DNA from: a virus
Taxonomy: Duplodnaviria > Heunggongvirae > Uroviricota > Caudoviricetes > Herelleviridae
Virus record (IMG/VR): IMGVR_UViG_2706795655_000001
Strand: one strand, 5' to 3'
Length of the DNA: 64,000 nt
Part shown: piece by piece, positions 48,310 to 57,622 of the stretch
How positions within the stretch are numbered: position 1 is the first letter of the stretch
Layout of the letters: every line of letters starts with the position of its first letter
Translations under genes and position numbers: made by a program
Notes under the pieces: model-generated
Seen by the model: the letters and a program-made list of their open reading frames with translations, nothing else
What the model was told of the DNA's origin: nothing
Database searches by the model: none

Positions 48310-48651
48310 ATGGAAACTAATAACGATAAAGTATTAGCGAAATGGTATAAGACTCTTGAAGTGAAACACGAGTTAATTATACAGAAAGGCGGGACTAATA
48401 AGTTAGTTCTCCCTGTAATGAGCTACCCTACCGACTCTGATATCGGAGCAGCATTACGCGTATTCGGAGGGCATCACGCGGAGATAGTAACTACAACAGT
48501 GGAGAGAAAACCGTATAGTTTAATTTCCGCTAATGACGTAGATGAGTTTTACGGATACAATGATGAGTTAAAAGCAGAAACAGAGCATATCTTCCAAACA
48601 AGTGAGATTCGTAAAGCTGTGCTTGCACGTATGAAGGAGGACATGGAGTGA
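48310..48651 (+). CDS. Hypothetical small protein
   Basis: AGAGGAGGA RBS. Confidence 0.4.
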   Translation: METNNDKVLAKWYKTLEVKHELIIQKGGTNKLVLPVMSYPTDSDIGAALRVFGGHHAEIVTTTVERKPYSLISANDVDEFYGYNDELKAETEHIFQTSEIRKAVLARMKEDME

Positions 48652-49037
48652 CATTATCAGCTACATATCTAGTACTCTTAGCTTGTCTAGGAGCAAGTAT
48701 TATCATTAAGTACACCGAAAACCTTTTAGGATTAATCCAAGAGGTTAAGGCAATCAAAGCGAAAGGAGAAACACCATTAACATTCCAAACTGCAAGTTGT
48801 ATTGCTTTAGGGTTTGCAGTTGAGTTAGGTACATCTGCATTACTAGTAATGATACTAAATGATAGATGGGAGTTACCTGCTAACTTGTGGGCTGTTGGCT
48901 TATTTATTGGAATTTACGCGATTCGAAACTTAGCTGCTTACCTTGTTGTATGGGGGTATTGGGCTGTTATTGTTAAAATGGGTACGAAAAAAGTGAAACA
49001 AGAATTACTAGAAGAAATTGGAGAAGAGGAGGAATAA
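48648..49037 (+). CDS. Integral membrane protein (3-4 TM helices)
   Basis: GTG start after AAGGAGGA. Strongly hydrophobic throughout. Confidence 0.45.
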   Translation: MTLSATYLVLLACLGASIIIKYTENLLGLIQEVKAIKAKGETPLTFQTASCIALGFAVELGTSALLVMILNDRWELPANLWAVGLFIGIYAIRNLAAYLVVWGYWAVIVKMGTKKVKQELLEEIGEEEE

Positions 49038-49052
49038 CCTCTTCTTTTTCTT
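49023..49052 (+). terminator. Rho-independent terminator
   Basis: GAAGAGG-loop-CCTCTTC hairpin followed by TTTTT. Confidence 0.6.
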
Positions 49053-49053
49053 G

Positions 49054-49082
49054 TTGACAAGCAGTAAATAGAATGCTAGTAT
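49054..49082 (+). promoter_or_regulatory. Sigma-A-type promoter TTGACA-N17-TAGTAT
   Basis: Verified spacing. Confidence 0.55.
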
Positions 49083-49110
49083 TACATTATACTATGAGAG
49101 GGGGAATTAT

Positions 49111-49461
49111 ATGTTTGATTTTTTAAAAAGAAAACGGTGTAAACAGTGTGGGGAAGAGTTGAAAATGTTTACGAATGTCGATTACTGTACATTATACTGC
49201 TCATTCAAATTTAACTACCCGAACGGTATAGATAATCCGTGGATGGCTGATGAACTTTCACACGATACATACTGCGCTTTAAGTGATATTTTATACGAGA
49301 TACATAAGAGGATACCTACAAAACTAGAAATCGCTAACAGTTATATGATTCTACCAGAGTATCTACTTAACGAAGCAGATGAATGGGGATGGGACACAGA
49401 AGTTAGAGATAAATGTTACGTATACTTGAAGGGAGAAATAGAAGATGCAAACAATGGATAA
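49111..49461 (+). CDS. Hypothetical Cys-rich N-terminus protein
   Basis: GAGAGGGGGAA RBS. CKQCGE...C motif. Confidence 0.4.
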   Translation: MFDFLKRKRCKQCGEELKMFTNVDYCTLYCSFKFNYPNGIDNPWMADELSHDTYCALSDILYEIHKRIPTKLEIANSYMILPEYLLNEADEWGWDTEVRDKCYVYLKGEIEDANNG

Positions 49462-49738
49462 GGTAATGGAACTAAGTAAGAATAACAAGAAGAGTGTAGA
49501 ACAGATTGTAATGAAGATGGCGGAAGAAACAGGAGAAGTTTCCCAAGCTGCATTATCGTATTTAAATGCTAACGGTAGCTCATATAAAGGACTAGACGCA
49601 GACGATGTAATGGAAGAATGTACGGATGTTATAATAGTGGCACTATCTCTTGTCTTCAAATTAGGAGGAGACAAAGAATACCTCGAACAAATGATGAAGA
49701 AAAAGGTAGCTAAATGGGAAGAAAAATCTAAACAGTAG
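49445..49738 (+). CDS. MazG-like nucleoside triphosphate pyrophosphohydrolase
   Basis: Motifs EETGEVSQA and EECTDVIIVALSL match the EExxE/EExxD all-alpha NTP-PPase signature. Confidence 0.55.
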   Translation: MQTMDKVMELSKNNKKSVEQIVMKMAEETGEVSQAALSYLNANGSSYKGLDADDVMEECTDVIIVALSLVFKLGGDKEYLEQMMKKKVAKWEEKSKQ

Positions 49739-49751
49739 GGAGATTCGAAGT

Positions 49752-50372
49752 ATGAGAGATAATCAAGATATATTCACTCTGACGAACAAGCATTTAACGT
49801 ATTACAAACGTGGTTGTTTAACAGTGAATGGAGAACCCGTTTATATTGTCGAATTGGTGAAAGAGCCGGGTACAGCTCTATATGCAGTTGTATATGACGT
49901 ACATACACCTCATCCAGTGGGACAGGGTATTAAACCGAAGAAGAAAGCTAGAAAGGTAACAACTAGAGTTAACACATTTAGTACAAAAACAGTATTAGGT
50001 AGGATTGCCAATAGTGTGATTCCATCCAAGAAGCAAGATACATGGGTAGAAGAGCCTTGTTTGTTTATAGCGCCAATCGTACCTAATGGGATATCTACTT
50101 TAACAGGTAAGCGTGAAGATGGGTTCTTTGAACGCGAGAGAGACACACAACGTAGTATCGGCGGAGAGATGAAGTGGGAACGCGGAGAGAATACCGGAGT
50201 ATTTATTGGGCTATCATCGGTTACGTGGTTTGAAGACCTGTCTATTCCAGTGGAATCTATCATAAAAGCTATCATTAAAGAGCAGCAAGAACAAAGCGAC
50301 TTCTTCGATTTAACAGGCAACAATGAGGATAAGTCGAATCCACTATCAAGATATTATAAAAGTTTAGATTAA
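49752..50372 (+). CDS. Hypothetical protein
   Basis: AGGGAG RBS. Confidence 0.4.
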   Translation: MRDNQDIFTLTNKHLTYYKRGCLTVNGEPVYIVELVKEPGTALYAVVYDVHTPHPVGQGIKPKKKARKVTTRVNTFSTKTVLGRIANSVIPSKKQDTWVEEPCLFIAPIVPNGISTLTGKREDGFFERERDTQRSIGGEMKWERGENTGVFIGLSSVTWFEDLSIPVESIIKAIIKEQQEQSDFFDLTGNNEDKSNPLSRYYKSLD

Positions 50373-50377
50373 AGTTG

Positions 50378-50406
50378 TTGACTTTTAGGAAATAATAGTT
50401 TAATAT
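50378..50406 (+). promoter_or_regulatory. Sigma-A-type promoter TTGACT-N17-TAATAT
   Basis: Verified spacing. Flank AAAGTTGTTGACTTTTAG is shared with other copies. Confidence 0.55.
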
Positions 50407-50437
50407 AAAAGCATAGAGAAGTTAAGGGGGAACGAAA

Positions 50438-50842
50438 ATGGATTTATTAGGATTTTTAAAGAAGCGAATATACCGTAGGGAGGAACAAATCGATATCCCA
50501 TTCAGAGGATATGTATTCCTACCAGAAGGTAACTATCCAGCAGATGTATTTGTTGTAACAGTAAAAGAGAAGACTAAACTATTTGGGAAAGAGCAGCAAT
50601 TTGTAGAGTATCGCGTTTTCCCTGATGAGGGTATTCCGGTACCATCTAAAGAAAATGGTCACTTACCTACAAAAATCTGGTCAGAAACAGTACGAGCGGG
50701 TAGCTATAAAGAAGCTCTAAGCCGATTAGCGAATCATGTAGAGTGGAGACGTATGATGGAAGGTAAAGATGGATGGGATAGCAGTATTACATACAAGAAA
50801 GTAGAATTTGATAAGCCGCTATTCGGAGCGGACATGGAGTGA
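50438..50842 (+). CDS. Hypothetical protein
   Basis: AAGGGGGAAC RBS. Confidence 0.4.
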   Translation: MDLLGFLKKRIYRREEQIDIPFRGYVFLPEGNYPADVFVVTVKEKTKLFGKEQQFVEYRVFPDEGIPVPSKENGHLPTKIWSETVRAGSYKEALSRLANHVEWRRMMEGKDGWDSSITYKKVEFDKPLFGADME

Positions 50843-50846
50843 TTTA

Positions 50847-51560
50847 ATGGCTAAGAAGTTTTACGAGCAGGATATTAAGGAGCTTATTCTTAATAAACGT
50901 CACGTATTTATAAAGGACAAGTCTACAAAGTCAATCGTGTTATTTGAAAAAGCAATCGATATCGGTAGCTGCATCGCGGACTGTCTTATCTTTACTGAGA
51001 ACGAGTTAATCGGAGTAGAGATTAAGACAGAGCGAGACAGTACCAAGCGATTGAATAATCAATTAAAAAGTTACAGCGCTATTTGTGACCGGGTTTATGT
51101 TCTGGTACATGACAAGCATGTAGAAAAGACAGAAGAGATTCTAGAGCGTAATGGTCACGGTCATGTAGGTATTGTAAGCTACACAGAGTTCCGTGAAGAG
51201 CCTGTAGTCGGTATTTATAAGGAAAGTTATAAGTCACCTAAGAAGAACGTATACACGATGTACCACTCGTTACTATGGAAAGATGAGGTCAATCAGCTTT
51301 TAGGCTCCATGAAGAGACAGGTGGCTACTCTAGAGGAGTTTGGATACAATGTATCTACAGCAGATAGTCGTAATGAGAAGGGACTTAATGGGCTTCTAGT
51401 ACAGTCTATGGCTAGTAAACGTCTTCGTAAAGGAGACATGATTAAAATGATTATAGGTAGATTAGGAGAAACGAAATCAAATTCTCTCCTATGCAATATA
51501 TACATAAACAAGAAGTTACACATTGAGAAGAATCTAAGATACTATCATTTCAAGAACTAA
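50847..51560 (+). CDS. PD-(D/E)xK-nuclease-like protein (tentative)
   Basis: IADCLIF...ELIGVEIKTER resembles a D...E.K core. ATG after GGAGTGA. Confidence 0.3.
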   Translation: MAKKFYEQDIKELILNKRHVFIKDKSTKSIVLFEKAIDIGSCIADCLIFTENELIGVEIKTERDSTKRLNNQLKSYSAICDRVYVLVHDKHVEKTEEILERNGHGHVGIVSYTEFREEPVVGIYKESYKSPKKNVYTMYHSLLWKDEVNQLLGSMKRQVATLEEFGYNVSTADSRNEKGLNGLLVQSMASKRLRKGDMIKMIIGRLGETKSNSLLCNIYINKKLHIEKNLRYYHFKN

Positions 51561-51572
51561 GGGGGGATTAGA

Positions 51573-51722
51573 GTGGCGTTATCAGCGGAGCTAGAAACAA
51601 TCTTTATGCTGGAAGATGTAGCGAATAATACCGGGTTAAACATGGACGATGTTGTTAGTGTAGTTAAAGAATGGGAGAAACAAAAAGAGAAGAATAAAAA
51701 GAATCATGGGGAGGAATTTTAA
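51573..51722 (+). CDS. 49-aa hypothetical mini-protein (absent from ORF track)
   Basis: GTG start after AAGGGGGG. Confidence 0.3.
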   Translation: MALSAELETIFMLEDVANNTGLNMDDVVSVVKEWEKQKEKNKKNHGEEF

Positions 51723-52030
51723 TGTTAGGTGTATTCAAAATGAACGAAGCGGATTGGGTTTGCGCTCCAACAGAAAGACAAGCGAAACGCTTCTACATTA
51801 ATGAAACGGGTGTTCCTAGAGAAGACATGGAAGAAGACTACTTTGGTGAAGTACCTTTAACAGATACCATGTTGTTCCACGAGGAAGATGTACCAGAGCT
51901 AGATGAAAAGATGTACAAGTTTACTAAAGAGGTTTGGTATGGTGAAGAATATTATCGTGTACCTTTCTGGTACGTCATATTACAGATGGGTACAAACGAA
52001 TCATATATTATCGCTAGTACAGAATCGTGA
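51722..52030 (+). CDS. Hypothetical small acidic protein
   Basis: GGGGAGGAA RBS. Confidence 0.4.
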   Translation: MLGVFKMNEADWVCAPTERQAKRFYINETGVPREDMEEDYFGEVPLTDTMLFHEEDVPELDEKMYKFTKEVWYGEEYYRVPFWYVILQMGTNESYIIASTES

Positions 52031-52041
52031 GGAGGAGAAAA

Positions 52042-52788
52042 ATGGCTACTATTGAGATTTTATATAATTACGAGGATAAAGAGGATATTAAAGAAGTAGT
52101 GGAAGTTTTAGTAGAACTAGGTAAACTAAACTACTGTGTAGATAGTAGAATGGGTAAAGGGTACTTGAAGATAAAGAAGGTACACCAAGAAGTAGTATCT
52201 ATGTCTACTCTAGAGCGAATAGCTGCTGCGGAACAGAAGACTACAGAGGATTCTATCGTAAATACAAAAACCGCTGTAAAGTTTGAAGGATTAGATAATT
52301 GTCCGATGATGGAAGTATACGATGAAGAATTTCTACCATCTGGATTACGTGTTTATCGACTTGGTAAGAAATACGTAGCGGCTCTTAATAAGTCTGACGC
52401 GATTAACTACATAGTGAAAAGTGAAAGAATACCTTCTAAAGATGTAGAGAAGAGCTATTTATACGAATGCGCTTTAAATAAATGTGGTGCGTTATTACCT
52501 ACCGATTGTATAACGAACTTATTCGTATACCAACTAAAAGAAGATTTTCCTTCTGGTGTTCGAGCAGCATGGATTAATGGGTACTCTTACTACGATATTT
52601 TGTTTGAATACCTACTCTCGCATGTTATTTATACAGAACCGTTTACACTAGCTAGTATCGAAGATATTGAAGGAGAGATTAAAGTTATCTACAATGTAGA
52701 TGTAGCAGATATGGTTCATAACTACTTGCGTACAGCCTTGAAACCTACGATAGAGAAAAACGAAGACTTCACGGTAACATACGGATGA
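52042..52788 (+). CDS. Hypothetical protein
   Basis: ATG 6 nt after GAGGAGG. Confidence 0.4.
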   Translation: MATIEILYNYEDKEDIKEVVEVLVELGKLNYCVDSRMGKGYLKIKKVHQEVVSMSTLERIAAAEQKTTEDSIVNTKTAVKFEGLDNCPMMEVYDEEFLPSGLRVYRLGKKYVAALNKSDAINYIVKSERIPSKDVEKSYLYECALNKCGALLPTDCITNLFVYQLKEDFPSGVRAAWINGYSYYDILFEYLLSHVIYTEPFTLASIEDIEGEIKVIYNVDVADMVHNYLRTALKPTIEKNEDFTVTYG

Positions 52789-53303
52789 GAAAGGAAAATA
52801 GCGCCCATAGAAGTATATCCCGTGGAGCTAATGCCCGGGGAGACGGAACCAAGAACCTTAATAATAACGGGGCAGATGCGTATAATAACGCTCTAAAGAA
52901 GAAAGAGGGTAAATACAAGCCCTCTTTTGTAGAGCCGTATGACAACCTGACAGAGCGTGAATTAGGTTTAAAACTAGAATACGCAAAAGACCTTCTAGCT
53001 AAACATACAGGCGTATCAAGAGAGCTAATTAAGTTAGAAACAAAGCGCAGCAAGAAGATAACAACATTAACCAGTCTTGACGAAGTATATTATGTGAAAG
53101 TTGGTACCAGTATATTAGGTAAGATGTCTATACGTACACAACGCACATGGAAATCTACAAGTCTATTATTCGTGTATCAAGAGAAACAAGTAATGGCGCA
53201 AGAAGGTAAAGGGGCATTCAGTAAAACGAATGTGAAAAAGAAATCGAAAGGTGTGCAAGCACATGACAAACGAAAATCATACAACAAAAACAACCGTAAA
53301 TGA
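52785..53303 (+). CDS. Highly basic K/R/N-rich protein
   Basis: ATGA overlap coupling. K/R/N-rich at both termini. Confidence 0.35.
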   Translation: MRKENSAHRSISRGANARGDGTKNLNNNGADAYNNALKKKEGKYKPSFVEPYDNLTERELGLKLEYAKDLLAKHTGVSRELIKLETKRSKKITTLTSLDEVYYVKVGTSILGKMSIRTQRTWKSTSLLFVYQEKQVMAQEGKGAFSKTNVKKKSKGVQAHDKRKSYNKNNRK

Positions 53304-54141
53304 TGGATTAGTACGATTAAAAGAATTACTAGAAGATAAGACGAAGAAGGTACATGGCATTTCATATTTCAATGACTTCTTTTCTAAGCCGCATCTAGTA
53401 CGTTCTCATATCTTGAAGGATGAAGTATTATTAGAAGAAGACGAACTTCGTATTGGATTCTTTATGCGAGTTGACTACAATTCATTTGTAGAGCTAGAGA
53501 ACACCTTAGAGTGGTTAGTAATGAATGAAGCTGGAGATATTCCGGGATACATTACAGAAGGAGACGTACTGGATAAACCACATCTAGAGGAGCGTGTATC
53601 AGAAGGATTAAGCTTATTCACAGCAGATGTTATTCTAAACATGAAATCTCCTAAAGTGTCATTTGAGAATGTAGAGATTGCAGGTCAAGCCTTTGTTATC
53701 GCTAGAGTATACAATGTTATGCCTTTAGGTGAAGATGACTCTGTAGAGCAGCAAGTTAATTTATTATTCGGTTCTTCTGATAAGTTTAGCTTCCTATCTC
53801 ATTTCGTTGATAAAAAGTTAACAAACGAAGACGGGTTAAAAGTACTAGATATTATTGAAGAGGAAAACTTGTTAGGTAAAGCGGTACAGGGTGTAGGCTT
53901 CCGTGATAGTAATAAAGGTCACAGTACTTTCATCGGTTCGCATTCTGAGATGGTTCAAGTACATCGATTATTCAGTGGCGGTTACTTCTTCCGTTCAGAG
54001 GTATCTACTTTAGAGCTTCGTAAGGAATTACTAGAGACACTAAGCTTTTCAGTAGAAGCAGAAGTAACATCTCAATCGCATCGACTAAACTTCTTTAACA
54101 AAAGAAAAGGAATAGAGCTTTCCATTTACTTAGAAATATGA
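53263..54141 (+). CDS. Hypothetical protein (~293 aa)
   Basis: Long clean ORF. Start is uncertain: the track gives 53251 and the ATG is at 53263. Confidence 0.4.
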   Translation: MTNENHTTKTTVNDGLVRLKELLEDKTKKVHGISYFNDFFSKPHLVRSHILKDEVLLEEDELRIGFFMRVDYNSFVELENTLEWLVMNEAGDIPGYITEGDVLDKPHLEERVSEGLSLFTADVILNMKSPKVSFENVEIAGQAFVIARVYNVMPLGEDDSVEQQVNLLFGSSDKFSFLSHFVDKKLTNEDGLKVLDIIEEENLLGKAVQGVGFRDSNKGHSTFIGSHSEMVQVHRLFSGGYFFRSEVSTLELRKELLETLSFSVEAEVTSQSHRLNFFNKRKGIELSIYLEI

Positions 54142-54265
54142 TATACTTAACTTGTGCTACCAACACAAAGCACATCCAAACGAGTAGGGTGATTCGTTTT
54201 TGGGTGGAAGAGAGATGAATAGCAATAATTAATGTAGAACTGTGGGAGGTTTTACATTACAAAAG

Positions 54266-54289
54266 CTCCACTATTTAGTGGGGTTTTTT
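54266..54289 (+). terminator. Terminator-like hairpin in long intergenic region
   Basis: CTCCACT-ATTT-AGTGGGG hairpin followed by TTTTTT. Confidence 0.5.
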
Positions 54290-54561
54290 AGTTTGCGCTA
54301 AACAGGTTTCTGTTGACTAATCGTAAACAAAAGTTTCTGTACAAGATACTAAATATTCTGTAAAATAAAAAGTAACACTACCTAGTGGAGTTTTCTGTCT
54401 TTTTCGTTTTATTTAGGAAATTGCTAATAGATTTATTATATTATAGATAGAGTGCAAAAAAGCCTATGATAACCGCATTCTTAGGAGGTAACTACCTCGT
54501 TTAATATATAGCAATATTCAAAAGGGTTAGAAAATAAAACGATGAAAAGGTGGAAAAATTA

Positions 54562-55257
54562 ATGTCGAAAGATAAGAAAACTTTAAACACAGGTAGCGTA
54601 TTAGTTCAATTATATAAGGATAAAAAGCTCTGCACAAAAGTAGATAACATGCTAGATGAGGGTAAAACATACGACTACATTATTGAGTTCTGTAAGGAGC
54701 AAGGTTTAAGTATCTCTAAAGCCTCGCTTACAAACTATAAAAAGAAAAGAGAGGAATCTATCGAGACAGGTGTACCGTTGCTACAACTCCTTGATAAGCG
54801 CTCTAAAGACAACGTAACGTACATATCTGATAAACGTGTAGAAATGTTTAACGAACAGGAGAAAGAAAGCTACAATCCAATTGGAGCTATTGATAAAGTA
54901 GAGAAAGTATTTAATGATATCGAGTTCCTTGACGAAGTTATCCATAAAGGATTTAAAGGGTTAGCTTCATTCGATATCGTGGACATTCCGCTTGCGATGA
55001 AAGCGATGGAAATTAAAGCTAAAATCACCAATAACGCATTAGGTGGATTGAGTGTATCAGCGTTAAAAGAAATGGCAATCAAAGTACGATGCAAAGAATC
55101 TGCTCTTACAGAAGTAGTCATGAAATATGTACCTGTAGAACAACACGAACAACTATTTGAAGACTTAGCAGCAGCGGAGCAAGAGTTCTATGACAACTTA
55201 GACTTAACTGAGATGGATAAGAAAACGAAAGAGGCAATGCAAGCTTTTGGTTTGTAG
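54562..55257 (+). CDS. HTH DNA-binding protein (terminase-small-subunit-like or regulator; uncertain)
   Basis: ATG 7 nt after AAAGGTGG. N-terminal HTH (TYDYIIEFCKEQGLSISKASLTNYKK). Confidence 0.35.
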   Translation: MSKDKKTLNTGSVLVQLYKDKKLCTKVDNMLDEGKTYDYIIEFCKEQGLSISKASLTNYKKKREESIETGVPLLQLLDKRSKDNVTYISDKRVEMFNEQEKESYNPIGAIDKVEKVFNDIEFLDEVIHKGFKGLASFDIVDIPLAMKAMEIKAKITNNALGGLSVSALKEMAIKVRCKESALTEVVMKYVPVEQHEQLFEDLAAAEQEFYDNLDLTEMDKKTKEAMQAFGL

Positions 55258-55274
55258 AATAGGGAGGGATTACA

Positions 55275-55763
55275 TTGACAATACCGATTACAGAAGTAGC
55301 GGACTGGAAAGAGTTGAAGTACGAAGTGTATGGGACGCTGGAAGAAAAAGTTCTAGCGTTACTTCACGGGGAGATTATCTATATCAAAAACTACGAGAAG
55401 AACACAGGTACAAGTGTATTAGCTAGGTTAGTAGTAGAAAGAGGTTTTACGATACCGCAAATTACATACGACATATATGATACAAATGAAGCGGATAGAT
55501 ACTGGTTACGATTTAATATCGGTTTAACTGACTTATCTCTATTGGACGTATACAAAGTCACTGATACGAGTATCTTCCTTAAACCGAATAAATTCAAAGT
55601 AGGTGACAACGTAAGTTATACTTCTACAGATGGTACATTTGATGCAGCTTATATCATAGCAGTCTATGAAAGAGGAGAGAATGAGTTCGCTTATAAACTA
55701 TCCCGGGAACCGAGCGTACTATACGAAGAAAGCCTGTTAGTATCAAGTAAATTCAAGTTTTAG
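55275..55763 (+). CDS. Hypothetical protein
   Basis: TTG start after AGGGAGGGA. Confidence 0.4.
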   Translation: MTIPITEVADWKELKYEVYGTLEEKVLALLHGEIIYIKNYEKNTGTSVLARLVVERGFTIPQITYDIYDTNEADRYWLRFNIGLTDLSLLDVYKVTDTSIFLKPNKFKVGDNVSYTSTDGTFDAAYIIAVYERGENEFAYKLSREPSVLYEESLLVSSKFKF

Positions 55764-55797
55764 AACAAGATGAAAAATTCTTGTTCTTTTTTTATGG
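55764..55797 (+). terminator. Rho-independent terminator
   Basis: GAACAAGA-loop-TCTTGTTC hairpin followed by T7. Confidence 0.7.
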
Positions 55798-55804
55798 AAT
55801 AGTG

Positions 55805-55833
55805 TTGACTTAAAGTGAATACGATGATAAGAT
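55805..55833 (+). promoter_or_regulatory. Sigma-A-type promoter TTGACT-N17-TAAGAT (TG-extended)
   Basis: Verified spacing. Confidence 0.6.
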
Positions 55834-55864
55834 GTAATCAAGATAACGAAAGGGAGTTGAAGAA

Positions 55865-56047
55865 ATGGAACTTAAAACAGTATACGGTGTATATGAACAT
55901 CACTATGAAGAAGCGCCGATTTTGGTTATTGTGTTTGAACATCAGAAGGAAGCGGAAGACTTTAGAGACGCTATGAACGACAAACATGAAGGTGTAATTT
56001 TCCACTACATCGAAAACATTCAATTCAAACCAAGAGAAATCTGGTAA
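55865..56047 (+). CDS. Hypothetical small protein
   Basis: AAAGGGAG RBS. Confidence 0.4.
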   Translation: MELKTVYGVYEHHYEEAPILVIVFEHQKEAEDFRDAMNDKHEGVIFHYIENIQFKPREIW

Positions 56048-56067
56048 ATTAAAAGGAGGAAAATATA

Positions 56068-56610
56068 ATGATTGATTTAAAGAATGATTTAGTAGAGGAC
56101 AAGCTAGTAATTGTAGAGGAAAAGGTAAAAGCACCGAAAGGTTCTAAGAACCCATTAACACCGGAGCAAGAAGCTGGGGTAGCTAGAATGTATCTTAGAG
56201 GAGAAAGAGTAGTAGACATCATTGCGAAGTACAAAATTGCAGCAGGTCGTATTTACCGTATCTTATCTCGTAACGGAATTGAAAAGCGCTCACCAGAGTA
56301 TAATCGAGAAGGTAAGGCTCGAACGCTGTCACTGAGTAAATACGAGAAAGATAGAATTGTAGATGATTACATACGAGAAGTACCAATCCGGGATATCTTA
56401 GCGAAGTACGGTTTGAACAAGTACGGGCTATACACGATTCTAGATGAAAGAAAGATTACTCGTCTAACAGAAAAAGAAGATAAAAAACCTGTGACAGTAC
56501 ATAATAAGATTCAAGTAAAATCAGAAGCATACATACAAGATAAAGTAGCATACGTAAAGATTCATAAAGATGGAAATGAAATTGAACAAATCCGTGTTGA
56601 CTATATTTAG
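56068..56610 (+). CDS. DNA-binding protein with two tandem HTH-like repeats
   Basis: Repeated units (VVDIIAKYKIAAGRIYRILSRNGI and IRDILAKYGLNKYGLYTILDE). AAAGGAGGAAA RBS. Confidence 0.35.
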   Translation: MIDLKNDLVEDKLVIVEEKVKAPKGSKNPLTPEQEAGVARMYLRGERVVDIIAKYKIAAGRIYRILSRNGIEKRSPEYNREGKARTLSLSKYEKDRIVDDYIREVPIRDILAKYGLNKYGLYTILDERKITRLTEKEDKKPVTVHNKIQVKSEAYIQDKVAYVKIHKDGNEIEQIRVDYI

Positions 56611-56640
56611 TCACGCGGGTTCCTTAAAGGAGGAGCTGTA

Positions 56641-56817
56641 ATGAATATGTATATACTATACGTGAGTTACCCGTATGAAGGTGGGTATGTGTATGGTGTT
56701 TTCAGCACACTAGGGGAAGCAGAGAAAGCAAGAAATAACGAGGAGTTTGACTACGCTAGGAAATATATGAGAATACAACCAATTACGTTAGATAAGCCAA
56801 CACAAATAATTATTTAG
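56641..56817 (+). CDS. 58-aa hypothetical mini-protein (absent from ORF track)
   Basis: ATG after AAAGGAGGAG. Confidence 0.35.
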   Translation: MNMYILYVSYPYEGGYVYGVFSTLGEAEKARNNEEFDYARKYMRIQPITLDKPTQIII

Positions 56818-56828
56818 GAGGAGTTATA

Positions 56829-57077
56829 ATGGAAAGAACAGGATGGGAACATTATGATTTACAGAAAGAAATGTCAGGTGCTAGTGTAGCCCGGTTATTG
56901 GGCATGTACAAACGTGAGAAGAAAAAAGCTTTAGATGCTTGCGGAGAGTTTTTAAAGCTAACTGGTAGTTTAACAGATGACGGGGCAAAAGAATATGAAG
57001 ACAAGTGTAAGTTACTAGTAGAAGGTACTAAACTTATAGCGGAACGTCTTGCAGATAAATTAACGGAGGATGAGTGA
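56829..57077 (+). CDS. Hypothetical small protein
   Basis: TAGGAGGAG RBS. Confidence 0.4.
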   Translation: MERTGWEHYDLQKEMSGASVARLLGMYKREKKKALDACGEFLKLTGSLTDDGAKEYEDKCKLLVEGTKLIAERLADKLTEDE

Positions 57078-57078
57078 T

Positions 57079-57348
57079 ATGAATTTTTATAGAGAAATCA
57101 GAGCATCGGAATTAATTGACAAAATTAACCTAGCGTTTGAAGAGTACGGTATAACCGACTTCGACGATAAAATTAAAATCGAGAAAGCTATAAAGTTTAT
57201 ATCAAAGAATGCGGCGAAACGAGCTATAAAAGAAACTTTACCAGAGTATGACTATCATGATGTTAACGACCTACTCAAAACGTTAGACGGATTGTACAAA
57301 GCGTTAGGTCTTATAAATGCTGGTCAGAAAGTATATACAGATTTATAG
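57079..57348 (+). CDS. Hypothetical small protein
   Basis: ATG 9 nt after GGAGG. The track start at 57070 is too close to the RBS. Confidence 0.35.
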   Translation: MNFYREIRASELIDKINLAFEEYGITDFDDKIKIEKAIKFISKNAAKRAIKETLPEYDYHDVNDLLKTLDGLYKALGLINAGQKVYTDL

Positions 57349-57359
57349 GAGGGGTTCGA

Positions 57360-57548
57360 ATGGGTAAAAAGTATAATGTTTTTAATGGTGGAGAACCAGA
57401 ACGTACACACTATGAGTACAAAGTTGGGGAAGTAATTACGGTTTATGGGTGCAACGAAACGTACCCAGCTAAGTGTGTTAAAAAGGAAACTGTTGATGGG
57501 GACATTTATCATTACTGGAGACGCGGAGTAATGAAAGTGGTTTTCTAA
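57360..57548 (+). CDS. Hypothetical small protein
   Basis: TAGGAGGGG RBS. Confidence 0.4.
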   Translation: MGKKYNVFNGGEPERTHYEYKVGEVITVYGCNETYPAKCVKKETVDGDIYHYWRRGVMKVVF

Positions 57549-57568
57549 AAAAAAGTTTTTAAAAGTTG

Positions 57569-57597
57569 TTGACTTAAAGTAAACAAGGTGATAATAT
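57569..57597 (+). promoter_or_regulatory. Sigma-A-type promoter TTGACT-N17-TAATAT (TG-extended)
   Basis: Verified spacing. Flank AAAAGTTGTTGACTTAAAGT. Confidence 0.6.
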
Positions 57598-57622
57598 AAA
57601 GGTAACGAAAGGGGATGAGAAA

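Noticed and set aside
54371-54400. Second hairpin (CACTACCTAGTGGAG) as an independent terminator.
   Set aside because: The stem is only 5 bp with a 2-nt loop, and the downstream T-run is interrupted. It is noted as part of the structured intergenic island and not as a stand-alone feature.
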